Translations under genes and position numbers: made by a program
Source of the DNA: Gemmatimonadota bacterium
GTDB taxonomy: Bacteria; JBHIER01; G020348925
DNA length: 64,000 nt
Assembly (NCBI GenBank): GCA_020348925.1
Contig: CP070758.1
Span: 3,301,688-3,365,687 of the forward strand
Reading direction: 5' to 3'
Notes under the pieces: generated by a model
The model's database searches: none
The model's input: only the letters and a program-made list of their open reading frames with translations
What the model was told of the DNA's origin: nothing
In this document: positions 29,521-40,196 of the stretch, piece after piece
How the letters are laid out: every line of letters starts with the position of its first letter
Position numbering within the stretch: position 1 is the stretch's first letter

Positions 29521-31548
29521 CTACTTAAGATACTCAGCGAACCACTCGTGGACCGTCTTCCACCACAGCTCGGCGTTCTGGGGCTTGCGGACGAAGTGGT
29601 CCTCGTCCGGAAAGTAGAGTAGTTTTGAAGGAACACCATGGCGCTGCAGGGCAGTGAAGACCTGAAAGCCTTGTGTGTTGGGGACCCTGAAGTCGTTCTC
29701 ACCATGAACAACAAGCATGGGCGTTTTGAAATTCTTGGCATAGGTGCTGGGCGACCACCTCTCGTACTCCTCAGGGTTGTCCCAGGGTGTGCCGCCGAAC
29801 TCCCACTCCAGAAACCACAGCTCCTCAGTACCACCATACATGCTCACCTGATCGTATACCCCGTCGTGGTTGACGAAGCACTTGAAAGGATGATTATGCC
29901 CGGCGAGCCAGTTGATCATGAAGCCGCCGTACGATGCCCCGGCAGCGCCCATGCGGTCGACATCGATGAAATCGTAGGTCGATGTGAGGTAGTCGATGCC
30001 CTTCATGAGATCCTCATACGGCGCACCGCCCCAGTCGCGGCTCACGGCATCGGTAAACTCCTGACCGTAGCCGGTGGAAGCATGGAAGTTGACGGCGGCA
30101 ACAACGTAACCGGGGGAAGCGAACATCTGATAGTTCCAGCGATAGTGGAACTCGTCCTCCCAGGCTCCCTGTGGCCCGCCGTGGATGAGGTAGATCAAGG
30201 GCCATCTCCTGCCGGGATCGAAATCCGGTGGCCTGAGCAGAAGCCCGTGGACCGAATCACCTTTGGCTCCGATGAACCAGAACTCCTCGAGAGCGTTCAT
30301 CTCCAATTGACTTAACCGCTCTTCGTTTGTACGGGTCAACTGTGTCAGTTTCTTCCCTGTGATATCCGCCTTGAAGATTTCAGACGGCAGATCGGCCTCC
30401 TGATGTCGGAAGACGAAGTTCCTGCCGTCAGGAGTGAGACGAAGCTGATCGTTCAAGCTCTTGGTGACGATCTTTCTTATTGTACCGCCTGTAACAGGGA
30501 CTGAGCAGATGGAGGTGTACGCCCGATCCGGGACGGTGAAATAGATCGTCTTGCTGTCCGGCGACCAGACAATATCCTCGACCGTGTAGTCGAAATCTTT
30601 GGAGAGGCTTTTCATCTCGCCTGTGTGTCGGTCGTATAACATCAACTGATACCGATCGGCCTCAAATCCCGGCCGCTCCATGGCGTGGTAGGCTATGTAG
30701 CGGCCGTCCGGGGAGTATTGGGGCTGGTTGTCGTTGGCCTTGCTCGTGGTGATCCGCTTCGGTTGACCTCCGGTGGTGGGGATGGTGAAAAGGTCGTTGT
30801 TCGTGCTGATGGCCACCATGGGGTCGGGGTTCATGACAAAGCAGATCTCCTTTCCCTGGGGGGAGAAAGTGTAGTCGTGGTCGCTGCCCAATGAGATGGG
30901 CGGGACATCGCGCTCACCCGGTGTGAGATCTGTGCCCACACCGCCTGAATCCGGAACGATGAAGAGGTGGCTGACCTTGCCCTCCCGCCAGACGTTCCAG
31001 TGGCGATAGAGAAGCTTGTCGATGAGCCTGGCTTGAACCTTGCTCTCCTCTTTCTCTTCGTCCCGGGCCTTGTTGCAGGGATCGTCCGGGCAGTCGGGGT
31101 AGACCTCGGAGGTGAAGAGGAGGTGCTTACCGTCCGGCGACCACTCGACGCCGGAGGCACCGGTGGAGATGGTTGTCATCTGCTTCGCCTCGCCGCCATC
31201 GGCCGGGATCATCCACACCTGTGATGTGCCAGTCCTTGAAGAGATGAAGGCGATGGATTTCCCGTCGGGCGACCAGCGCGGGTGGGAGTCGCCCTCGGGG
31301 CTGGTGGTCAATTGGATGGGTTCGCCGCTGTCGATGGGGACGAGCCAGATGTCGCTGTTCCCCTTGTTCTCCTCATAATCATACCAGGTAACGGTGTAAG
31401 CGATCCGTTCACCGTCGGGAGAGATCTGTGGGTCACTCACCCGCCCCATACCGAAAAGGTCGTCGAAAGTGATGGGGTTTTTGTCCTGGGCGAAAAGTGA
31501 AAAGGCTAGGGCTAAAAACAAGGCTGAGATACATAGGACCCGTTTCAT
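29521..31548 (-). CDS. S9-family peptidase (dipeptidyl peptidase/acylaminoacyl peptidase) with WD40-like propeller
   Basis: Signal peptide; repeated P.WSPDG; IHGGP, GASYGG nucleophile, DFRV, DEDH. Confidence 0.93.
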   Translation of the reverse strand: MKRVLCISALFLALAFSLFAQDKNPITFDDLFGMGRVSDPQISPDGERIAYTVTWYDYEENKGNSDIWLVPIDSGEPIQLTTSPEGDSHPRWSPDGKSIAFISSRTGTSQVWMIPADGGEAKQMTTISTGASGVEWSPDGKHLLFTSEVYPDCPDDPCNKARDEEKEESKVQARLIDKLLYRHWNVWREGKVSHLFIVPDSGGVGTDLTPGERDVPPISLGSDHDYTFSPQGKEICFVMNPDPMVAISTNNDLFTIPTTGGQPKRITTSKANDNQPQYSPDGRYIAYHAMERPGFEADRYQLMLYDRHTGEMKSLSKDFDYTVEDIVWSPDSKTIYFTVPDRAYTSICSVPVTGGTIRKIVTKSLNDQLRLTPDGRNFVFRHQEADLPSEIFKADITGKKLTQLTRTNEERLSQLEMNALEEFWFIGAKGDSVHGLLLRPPDFDPGRRWPLIYLIHGGPQGAWEDEFHYRWNYQMFASPGYVVAAVNFHASTGYGQEFTDAVSRDWGGAPYEDLMKGIDYLTSTYDFIDVDRMGAAGASYGGFMINWLAGHNHPFKCFVNHDGVYDQVSMYGGTEELWFLEWEFGGTPWDNPEEYERWSPSTYAKNFKTPMLVVHGENDFRVPNTQGFQVFTALQRHGVPSKLLYFPDEDHFVRKPQNAELWWKTVHEWFAEYLK

Positions 31549-31876
31549 GAATAACCTCCTGTTTGAATGAGTGTAATGATATTCTTAGAAGCGGCGAGTA
31601 AATTATAGTCAATGAAATAAAAATGCAAAAGATTTCTTTGTCTCTGTTCGTTCTTCGATTCTCCTTGAGATGGGATAAAGAGGTTTCTACACCGGGAGGG
31701 ATCCGAGGCTGAGGGATTAGGAGAATCGTTTATGACTCTTGGAGTGTGGAATGATTCGGGTAATCTGACAAAGTACTTGGCTGATATGTCTCAAGTGATC
31801 AATAACGCTCAGTTTCACTTTGAAAAAGAGGGATAATAATATGCTGGCGCATGTGGAGCCTGAGACGCATTCAAAG

Positions 31877-31906
31877 AAAAAGGGGCAGGAGGGGGAATCC
31901 TGCCCC
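31877..31906 (-). terminator. Probable terminator after pepF
   Basis: A5 run plus GGGGCAGGA/TCCTGCCCC stem. Confidence 0.6.
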
Positions 31907-31968
31907 GGTTTTGAGGGGGAAGCTCTGTCGTCCCTCAAACCATCCGGTTCAACCGGAATGGATTTTAT

Positions 31969-33882
31969 CTATTCCTGCAGTAACGTGTCCATTTCGTCAA
32001 CCAGGCGGCCCATGAGTTTGGCCACCGCTTCAACAGGTTCGGGTGAAGTCATGTCGACGCCGGCGTCCTTCAGGACGTTAATGGAATAGTCCGAGCTGCC
32101 GCTGGCGAGGAAGCTGAGATACCGGTCCAGGGTTTCGGTGTCCCCGGCCAGGATTTTTTGGGCCAAGGCCTCCCCTGCAGAAAGCCCTGTGGCGTATTGG
32201 TAGACATAAAAAGTGCGATAAAAATGGGGTATCCGCGCCCAGTTGAGTTCATACATCTCGTCCATGACGAAATCGGGTCCGTAGTATTTCTGGTAGAGAT
32301 CCTTCATAATGGCATTGAACTCTCTCGTCGTCAATGCCTCGCCGGCTTCGACCCTTTCGTGAACCGTCTTCTCAAACTCCGCGAAAAGGACCTGGATGTA
32401 GACCGTACCGCGGATGTTGTCGATATATTGGTTGAGCAGATAGAGCTTTTCGTCTCGATCCACCGTCGTTTTCAGCAGGTAATCCATGAGAAGGGCCTCG
32501 TTGACGGTCGAGGCCACCTCTGCCACAAAGATGCTGTAATCCCCGTAGATATACGGCTGCGTGTTCCCGGTGTAGTAGGAGTGGAGGGCGTGCCCCATCT
32601 CGTGGGCCAGAGTGAACACATCGTCCAGCTCATTGTCGTAGTTCATGAGGATGACCGGGTGCGCGCCGTAGACATAGGAGGAGTAAGCGCCGGAACGCTT
32701 GCCCTGGTTTTCGTAGACATCGACCCAACCGGATTTGAACCCCGTCTTCAGATCCCTGATGTATTGCGGCCCCAGGGGTTGAAGCCCTTTCTCCAGTAGG
32801 TTCATGGCCTCCTCGTACGGTATCTCTTTTTTCAGTTTCGGAAGAAGCGGCACGTAGAGGTCATAAGAATGGAGCTCGTCGAGCTTCATCATGCGCTTTC
32901 GCAAACTCATGAACTTGTGCATCGGTTCGAGATAGTCGTTGATGGTGCTGATCAAATTGTTGTAAACGGCCACCGGTATATTTCCTGCATCCAGAGAAGA
33001 TTCAAGGGATGAATCGTATTTTCGTGTTTTGGCGTAGAAGATGTCGCGCTTGATCTGGGAGCCGAGGAGTGCCGCCAGAGTATTGGACCATTTGTTGTAC
33101 TCGGTATAGAGGGCGTCGAATGCGTCCTGTCGAACCCTGCGGTCAGAAGATCTCATGAAGCTGAAAAAGCGACCCTTCGTCACCTCAACTTCATTTCCAT
33201 CTTCGTCAACGATACTGGGGAACTTGATATCGGCGTTGTTGAACATGTTAAAGATCTGATACGGACCGCGAGTGACTTCCCCGGCCATGGCCAGGATTTC
33301 CTCCTGTTCGGGTGGCAGGATATGGGCCTTGGAGCGGACGAGGTCCTCGAAGTAGTGGCGATATACCTCTAACTTTTCGTTGCGCTCGACAAAATCCCAG
33401 AGTTTGGCTTCAGGGATGGCTGTTATCTCCGGGTCGATAAAGGCGGTCGCCTGGCCGACCTCAGAATATAAACTGGCAATACGATCGCGCATGGCCTGAT
33501 AAGTTTGATCGGCCATGTTCTCATCGTTCCGTCGGGCGGCATACCAGTATAATTTCCCCAGAATCTCGCCGACCTGGTTGTCCAGTTCCAAACACTCAAG
33601 CAAGTTTTGGGCCGTCTCGTCAAGAGTCCCTTCGTAACGTTTAAACTGATCCAAAATGTTTTTTGCTTTTAAAAAATCCTTCTCCCAGAATTCATCGGTC
33701 GCGTAGACGTCGTCCAGACGCCATTTATATTTCTTGTCGATCTCATCACGCGCAGGGAGTTTCTTCACCTCTTGGGCACTTGCGGTTGAGACGAGAAAAG
33801 CAAAGAGAAGAATGACTGTCAAAGTGAAACCGATGACTTTTCGTACACGAAACAACGACTTGGTTGTGTTGAACTTCATCAT
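31969..33882 (-). CDS. pepF: Oligoendopeptidase F (M3B) with signal peptide
   Basis: W.LDDVY, GKRSGAY, TLAHEMGH (HExxH), FVAEVAS..NE, WARIPHFY, YVYQYATG. Confidence 0.93.
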   Translation of the reverse strand: MMKFNTTKSLFRVRKVIGFTLTVILLFAFLVSTASAQEVKKLPARDEIDKKYKWRLDDVYATDEFWEKDFLKAKNILDQFKRYEGTLDETAQNLLECLELDNQVGEILGKLYWYAARRNDENMADQTYQAMRDRIASLYSEVGQATAFIDPEITAIPEAKLWDFVERNEKLEVYRHYFEDLVRSKAHILPPEQEEILAMAGEVTRGPYQIFNMFNNADIKFPSIVDEDGNEVEVTKGRFFSFMRSSDRRVRQDAFDALYTEYNKWSNTLAALLGSQIKRDIFYAKTRKYDSSLESSLDAGNIPVAVYNNLISTINDYLEPMHKFMSLRKRMMKLDELHSYDLYVPLLPKLKKEIPYEEAMNLLEKGLQPLGPQYIRDLKTGFKSGWVDVYENQGKRSGAYSSYVYGAHPVILMNYDNELDDVFTLAHEMGHALHSYYTGNTQPYIYGDYSIFVAEVASTVNEALLMDYLLKTTVDRDEKLYLLNQYIDNIRGTVYIQVLFAEFEKTVHERVEAGEALTTREFNAIMKDLYQKYYGPDFVMDEMYELNWARIPHFYRTFYVYQYATGLSAGEALAQKILAGDTETLDRYLSFLASGSSDYSINVLKDAGVDMTSPEPVEAVAKLMGRLVDEMDTLLQE

Positions 33883-34027
33883 GCCTCCTTGTGTGAAGTT
33901 TTACGAAAGGACGACGGACCTCTGATACTGTAACCGTATTTGACAGCGTTACTGCTGATTTTGATTCAGATGTGAGAAAAATGTATCGAAAATATGTCGC
34001 ATGTGCATATGTTTTTTGTTCGTAGTC

Positions 34028-34056
34028 TTGACAATCTCACAAAAGGTATGTATATT
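34028..34056 (+). promoter_or_regulatory. Sigma70-type promoter of tRNA-His
   Basis: TTGACA-N17-TATATT. Confidence 0.75.
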
Positions 34057-34078
34057 CCATTTTGTACGATAACGATGT

Positions 34079-34156
34079 GGTGAGTGTAGCTCAGGTGGCC
34101 AGAGCACCAGGTTGTGGCCCTGGGGGTCGGGGGTTCAAGTCCCCTCACTCACCCCA
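34079..34156 (+). tRNA. tRNA-His(GUG)
   Basis: G-1, acceptor GTGAGTG/CACTCAC, anticodon arm CCAGG-TTGTGGC-CCTGG, GGTTCAAGTCC T-arm, C73, encoded CCA. Confidence 0.97.
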
Positions 34157-34394
34157 TTCCTTATTGGCTTATCACGTCCTCCCCAAGATCATGCCGGAGA
34201 TCGAGAGATGTAATGATTTTTGTGCCAAAGAGCTTCAAGAATGCGAGAACATTGAATCATGTGATCCTGAAGGAAGCCGTGGAGTTTCATCGAGGCTGAG
34301 GATTGTTTTCGATAGAATTCGAAGTGGTCATCTGCGGTTCTTCGGTTTAACAGACCAAAGATCTATGTAACAGGGGTACGGTAAAAAGGTTCCA

Positions 34395-35945
34395 GTGTGT
34401 ACGAAAGGTGCATATGGTCAGCATGGGATTCGAGAGGAGCTCGACACTCTGAATCAGCGTGTCAAAGAATTGGAAGCCCTGAACAAGGTGGCCGTCCTCA
34501 TCAGCTCGACAATGGAGGTGGAGGACATTTTGAAAATCATTCTGGACGAGGCGATCTCTCTCACCGGTAGTGCCCAGGGCTCCATTTCGATCATCAATCC
34601 TGAAGCCCCAAATGGTATGACGACCGTTGTCCGGTGCGAACATTGCGAACTTCAAGATGCCACATACACGGTCGATCAAAATCTCACGGGATGGGTTTTG
34701 CAGAATAAGAAACCGCTGATGGTCAAGGATTTGTCCAATGACGACCGGTTTCCGGGATTTCGTCGTAAGAATCATGGAATTCAGAGTGCGCTGAGCCTGC
34801 CGCTCGTCTCAAAAGGCACAATGGTTGGAGCGATCAACCTGTGCAATAAAAAGGGAGGCACAGCGTTCACCGAGGATGATGTGAGACTTGTGTCCATTCT
34901 CTCCTCCCAATCCGCACAGGTGATCGAAAGTGCGCGATTGTTTGAGAAGGTTTCCAGGGAAAATATGTCTTTGAAGAAAGAGGTCAGAGGAAAATATCAA
35001 TTCAGGAACATTATCGGTCGAAGTTCGGCAATGCAGTCGGTTTTTAAAATGTTGGAGCAGATTGTTCAGAGCGAGGCAAGTGTTGTTCTTCAGGGTGAGA
35101 GCGGTACGGGGAAGGAACTCGTAGCCTGTGCCGTTCACGTCAATGGTCCCAGAGGAGAAAAGCCTTTCGTCCCGGTGGACTGTGGAGCCATTCCGGAAAA
35201 TTTATTGGAAAGCGAGCTTTTTGGGTATGTGAAAGGTGCCTTTACAGGTGCGGTGAAGGATAAAATCGGGCTCTTTCAGGAGGCAAATGGTGGTACCCTC
35301 TTTTTGGATGAGATCAGTACTATGAGTCTTCATCTCCAGGCGAAACTCCTGAGAGCTTTACAGGAGAGAGAAATCCGTCCCCTGGGAGCGACTGTTGCAA
35401 AAAAGATTGATGTCCGGATCATCAGCGCCAGTAGCAGTGACTTGAGAGAACTCGTAGCCCAGGGCTCATTCAGGGAAGATCTCTACTATCGGCTCAACGT
35501 CGTTGTAGTGAACTTACCTCCACTTCGTCAGCGGAAGGAAGATATTTCTTTACTGGCCAATCACTTCTTAGCGAACTTTCAAAAGTCCACGGGGACGAAA
35601 CTCAAGAGGTTCAGTTCAGAAGCGATGAGTTTGATGGAGGTGTATGACTGGCCGGGAAATATTCGGGAGCTGGAAAATGTCGTGGAACGCGCTGTTACAA
35701 TGGCTTCAGCAAGTGACGAAAATATACAACCCAAGCATCTGCCCGATGAGATCCTTCAAAGCTGTGGCTCCATTCCCAGACAGATCGAAGGTCAGAAGCT
35801 CAGGGATATTCTGCGGGACATAAAACGAAAAGCCATTGTCGGTGCACTGGAAAAGTATCAGAATAATAAAACAAAGGCTGCAGAAGATTTAGGGATTAGT
35901 CGACAGGGCATGATTAAGATGATGAAGGAATTGGGCCTCTCTTGA
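34395..35945 (+). CDS. GAF-domain sigma54-dependent activator (NifA/FhlA-like architecture)
   Basis: GAF segment, GESGTGKE, ESELFG, GAFTGA, FLDEI, FREDLYYRL, WPGNIREL, Fis HTH; start uncertain. Confidence 0.92.
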   Translation: MCTKGAYGQHGIREELDTLNQRVKELEALNKVAVLISSTMEVEDILKIILDEAISLTGSAQGSISIINPEAPNGMTTVVRCEHCELQDATYTVDQNLTGWVLQNKKPLMVKDLSNDDRFPGFRRKNHGIQSALSLPLVSKGTMVGAINLCNKKGGTAFTEDDVRLVSILSSQSAQVIESARLFEKVSRENMSLKKEVRGKYQFRNIIGRSSAMQSVFKMLEQIVQSEASVVLQGESGTGKELVACAVHVNGPRGEKPFVPVDCGAIPENLLESELFGYVKGAFTGAVKDKIGLFQEANGGTLFLDEISTMSLHLQAKLLRALQEREIRPLGATVAKKIDVRIISASSSDLRELVAQGSFREDLYYRLNVVVVNLPPLRQRKEDISLLANHFLANFQKSTGTKLKRFSSEAMSLMEVYDWPGNIRELENVVERAVTMASASDENIQPKHLPDEILQSCGSIPRQIEGQKLRDILRDIKRKAIVGALEKYQNNKTKAAEDLGISRQGMIKMMKELGLS

Positions 35946-37329
35946 AGGAATGTCAAGAGAGTTTTCAATTGCTATGCCAAGAGCGTCCACATTGTAGACA
36001 ATTATTACTTACTTATTTTTATAGTTTTATACAAAGAGTAGAATAGAAGAGATTTAGTCGTTAACTGAGTTGACACCATCCCTGTTGCGTTTCATTTCAT
36101 CTCTCACCACACATCTTCGGATTTTATTCATTTAATGTTATAATTTTATTGAACTTAGTTGAAACACTCGACTTTTTTACATCTCTTTTTCTCCACCGGT
36201 ATACTTTTCTCTATTTCAATTAGTCAAAGAAAGAGGAAAATGTTGTTCTGCTGGCAGTGGTGTGAAGGGAGGAGAGTCAGAGCGATCAAGAAATGAACCG
36301 AGTGAGGAAGAATCTCCTTGTAATGGAAGATATGTCCGGGTGGGGAAAGCATAATCTTTATGAAATGAAACCGCTCGATGAAAAGTCTCCTCTGACAGGG
36401 GTGAGTGCCTGTCTCTCTGTCCGCTCGAAGGAATGGGATGTATGAGGTGAGATTTGCAGAATGACACTTTAGTCTTTGTCTCAGATGGGCCTGAGGAGTA
36501 TCATGTAAAAAAATAGATTTTTTGGAAATCTATAATGCAGATGAATTACGCGTTTCAAGTTTCGGAGTCAAGGGCACTTTCGTAGGTATGAATAAGGGGA
36601 ATGCGCATGCATGAAGCGATCGTCGATTAACCGATATGCTCCCCTACCTGGGCGAGCTGACGGATGTGGATGGATTAAAATGGAGGAAGTTGCCACAGTA
36701 ATTGTGCATCCGATACTCGCAACCATCTCTCCCAACTGTCAATGCTCGCCCAGGATATTATCCCTCCACTATGAAACGGCCTTTCCTCGAGGCCCTCGTA
36801 ATTTTTTCAGAATCGGCACGCTTTTTTTCAAAAAAAGAGACTGAAGGAAAACGGTCAAATATATCTTCGAAAACGTAATGTCTGAGCCCTGTGTGGCAAT
36901 TTTCCTCTGATTGAAAGGATCGGCTGGTGCCCCTGTCAGGTGTGGGGAAAATTCCTGCCTCGCTGTAAATTGCAACGGCGCTCGCCGTTCGATAAAAACT
37001 TTCATATGAAATGTGCTTCTCGGTTTCTATGGCCACAAAATTCAACAAAATAACACAGACTACTTGACCTCGAAACGATACGGGCTTCGTAATCCCACCG
37101 TGATTCATAAACTCTCATCTTCACCGGTTGACTTTCGCTCGAAACACGATGGCCCTGCACTGCAGGCGGCATAAGGGTCATTGAAAATAGGATCATATCC
37201 TGTGAATAGAAAATATGCGATTTCGGGGGTCGGTTATGAATGCTGTGGACAACGAAAAAATTGTAGGAGCATATTATTTATGAGGGGATCAATGAAAAAA
37301 TTCAGTCTTAAAAAAATTAAAAATTTTGC

Positions 37330-37359
37330 TTGACAAAGGTGAGACTCTATATTTATATT
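37330..37359 (+). promoter_or_regulatory. Sigma70-type promoter of HU/IHF gene
   Basis: TTGACA-N18-TATATT with AT-rich upstream tract. Confidence 0.55.
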
Positions 37360-37420
37360 AGTTCTAACTTAAAAATAATAAGTTATTTAATCTTGTTTGA
37401 ACCTTAGTCAGGGGGGAGTC

Positions 37421-37726
37421 ATGACCATAACCAAGAAGGATTTGGCTTTAAAGGTCAGCGAGGTTACGAAGTTCAAAAAAAATATGTCCGCAAAAATGGT
37501 CGATGCCCTGTTTACTGCCATGCGAGATACGTTGATTGCAGGTAACCGTATAGAAATAAGGGGTTTTGGTGTTTTTGAAGTTAAGGATACCAAGCCGAAG
37601 CCTGCCGCTCGTAATCCGCGGACCGGTGAGATCATTTACGTGCCCGCTCGGCGGAAGACGCATTTCAAACCGGGTAAGCTGCTGAAAGAAGAGCTTCATA
37701 AACCTATCAAAAAAAAACGCAAATGA
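37421..37726 (+). CDS. HU/IHF-family DNA-binding protein
   Basis: TKKDL...RIEIRGFGVF...ARNPRTGE...FKPGK; GGGGAG SD. Confidence 0.93.
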   Translation: MTITKKDLALKVSEVTKFKKNMSAKMVDALFTAMRDTLIAGNRIEIRGFGVFEVKDTKPKPAARNPRTGEIIYVPARRKTHFKPGKLLKEELHKPIKKKRK

Positions 37727-38046
37727 GGTGATGGAGCCGCAATTGTAAAACACCCGCGTTTTTTCCATTGCGCGATTGAAGAAATGGAAAGTTAATCCTT
37801 GATGCTGTCTGATTTCTTCATTATATTGTGTGTAATGAATAGCAAACCACAACATATTGGGGAAATTGAGTGAAAAACAATCTTCATAACCTTGGCCACA
37901 TTGTGGAACTGGAAGAATCACAAGAGACGATAAAATACAGGTCGAGGATGACAGGTCTGAGATAGATTTAAAAAAAGAGAAAATGTGTGAAGGTTTCTTT
38001 GATACCTGTTGTTTCTGAATTCTCGAGGTGAGATAAAGTAAAGGTT

Positions 38047-38967
38047 ATGATTAAGAAAGTATTCACTATTATGGTCATTCCAGATCATAATAGCTCAAAG
38101 GTTCGGGTGATGAAACTGCCCGTTTTTTTTATATGTGTTGTCGGTTTTCTGTGTGCCGTATGGATTGGGATCTTCTGCTTTTATATGTGGGGATATTATA
38201 ATGAGGCTGTGGAAAGGTCGGCGTATGACCAGTTGATTGAAGAGAAGGGACTCTATATTCGACAGCTTGGCCAATTGGATTCACAAATTGATAGTTTGAA
38301 ATCGGAAATTGATTTTCTGGCTCAGCAAGATAGGTTGTTGAGGCTGTTGGCTGAATTACCGGAGATCGACGAAGAGACCAGGAAAGTCGGCGTGGGAGGC
38401 GCCGCGCTCGCTTTTGATGAATTCGATTCAAATACCAGTATCTCAGGTCTTCCTCCCTCCATGGAAGTGAACATCGATCAATTGTTGCGCGAAACGGCTC
38501 TGCTTAAAACCAGTTTTGATGAAATTGAGAGCACATTCAAAGAGCAGAAGGATCTCCTCGATCATACGCCGACAATCATGCCCACGCAAGGATGGTTCAG
38601 TTCGTATTTCGGACGACGTCGCGATCCATTTACCGGAAGACGCCAATTCCACCGCGGTGTTGATATCGCTGGCAGGAAAGGGACACCTATATATGTTACT
38701 GCGGATGGTACGGTTAAAAATTGCATCCACGATAAAAACTTGGGTCGTCTTCTGATAATCGATCACGGATATGGCTTAGAGACGCGCTACGGTCACCTTC
38801 AGAAGAGTCTGGTTAAAAAAGGGCAGGAGGTGAAGCGAGGTCAAAAAATCGCCTTAATGGGCAGTACCGGTCGATCGACAAGCTCCCACCTCCATTATGA
38901 AGTGAAATTGAATGGGCGACATCAGAATCCTTTGAATTATTTTTATGCCGATGAGGTCGTCGATTAA
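38047..38967 (+). CDS. M23-family metallopeptidase with TM anchor and coiled coil
   Basis: HRGVD (HxxxD), TRYGHL, STSSHLHYEV. Confidence 0.92.
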   Translation: MIKKVFTIMVIPDHNSSKVRVMKLPVFFICVVGFLCAVWIGIFCFYMWGYYNEAVERSAYDQLIEEKGLYIRQLGQLDSQIDSLKSEIDFLAQQDRLLRLLAELPEIDEETRKVGVGGAALAFDEFDSNTSISGLPPSMEVNIDQLLRETALLKTSFDEIESTFKEQKDLLDHTPTIMPTQGWFSSYFGRRRDPFTGRRQFHRGVDIAGRKGTPIYVTADGTVKNCIHDKNLGRLLIIDHGYGLETRYGHLQKSLVKKGQEVKRGQKIALMGSTGRSTSSHLHYEVKLNGRHQNPLNYFYADEVVD

Positions 38968-38996
38968 AATAGACGACGACTGTGACTGATTCTGAG

Positions 38997-39023
38997 GACC
39001 TCACTCTTAGGTGGGGTTTTTTT
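38997..39023 (+). terminator. Probable terminator
   Basis: GACCTCAC-TCTTAG-GTGGGGTT followed by T run. Confidence 0.6.
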
Positions 39024-39406
39024 ATTGTCCCGATCAGAATGTGAAATATTTTTTCGGTGACGACATGAAGTGTGAGAAACAGGAAAACCGAATTCTTCGA
39101 TAGCATTCAGGGCAGGTATCGAGAATCAAAGCAAAGACCAAATACAGATGTCCGAGATCCTCCTGATATTTAAGAGGCATTGTTCCGGTTCTTCACTCTT
39201 TGGACTTGGAATTTATTTTTCGTCCTTTGTGCTTTGAGCGTATTGGGTTCAGTAAGTTTGCGGTCAAGTGACAGTGTCGAGCCTTGAGGCCTTTGGGGTG
39301 TCCAGGCAAGAAACAGAATAGTCTTGGGAGGGAGACCTCTCGTTAGCCCGTTGGATGGAATGATCGGACGCATATTTTCGCTCAGTTTCCCTGGATTTCT
39401 GCTTCT

Positions 39407-39874
39407 ATGGAATATATTGTTAGCGCTTGTTTCGTTGGAGTGAATTGTACATATGATGGGACACACAACTTTGTTCCTGAGATAGCCGAATTGGTTACCT
39501 CCGGCAATGCCCTTCCCCTATGTCCTGAGCAACTGGGAGGTCTTTCGACACCTCGGACACCTGCTGAGATCAAAGGCGGCGACGGAGACGATGTGCTCAG
39601 GGGAAAAGCCTTCGTTCTAACAGAAGGAGGGATCGATGTGACCGCCGCGTATCTCCGCGGTGCTCGGGAAGCTCTGAGGCTGGCCCGTATCGTTGGGGCG
39701 AAAAGGGCAATAACAAAAGATCGGAGTCCCTCCTGTGGATGTGAATATGTATGGCGTGACCATAAACTTGTCAATGGAAAAGGAGTCATGGCGGCCCTTT
39801 TTAGGAGAGAGGGCATTGAAGTCATCGCGATGCGATGTCCATCCTCATGGGATGGTCACGAATTTTTGCCTTGA
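39407..39874 (+). CDS. DUF523-family protein (2-thiouracil desulfurase-like)
   Basis: VSAC..G.NC.YDG, CPEQLGGL.TPR, K.RSPSCG. Confidence 0.88.
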   Translation: MEYIVSACFVGVNCTYDGTHNFVPEIAELVTSGNALPLCPEQLGGLSTPRTPAEIKGGDGDDVLRGKAFVLTEGGIDVTAAYLRGAREALRLARIVGAKRAITKDRSPSCGCEYVWRDHKLVNGKGVMAALFRREGIEVIAMRCPSSWDGHEFLP

Positions 39875-40196
39875 AACGATCAGAATCATAGTGGGTGGGA
39901 GGAGAACAATTCTGAGCCCTATGTGATGAACACACTAACCCGGCATGATGCCTGAAATGTGTCAGGGGGTGAGCGGAGACGGGAGCTTTGTTGATGCACG
40001 TTGATCGATAAGGTACACTTGTACCAGAAGTTGGTTTCCTTTGACCGGTCACTTCTCGAGAGGGCTTGACCGATCCTATGGCGCTTCGCGGTCCCCCGCC
40101 TGCACGGATCGCTCCGCTGTTACTCTTGAGGGCACGTTCGAGAAGAATATGGTCACATTCGTTTCAAAAATTCAGATGATACCGGTTGCCTAAGTT

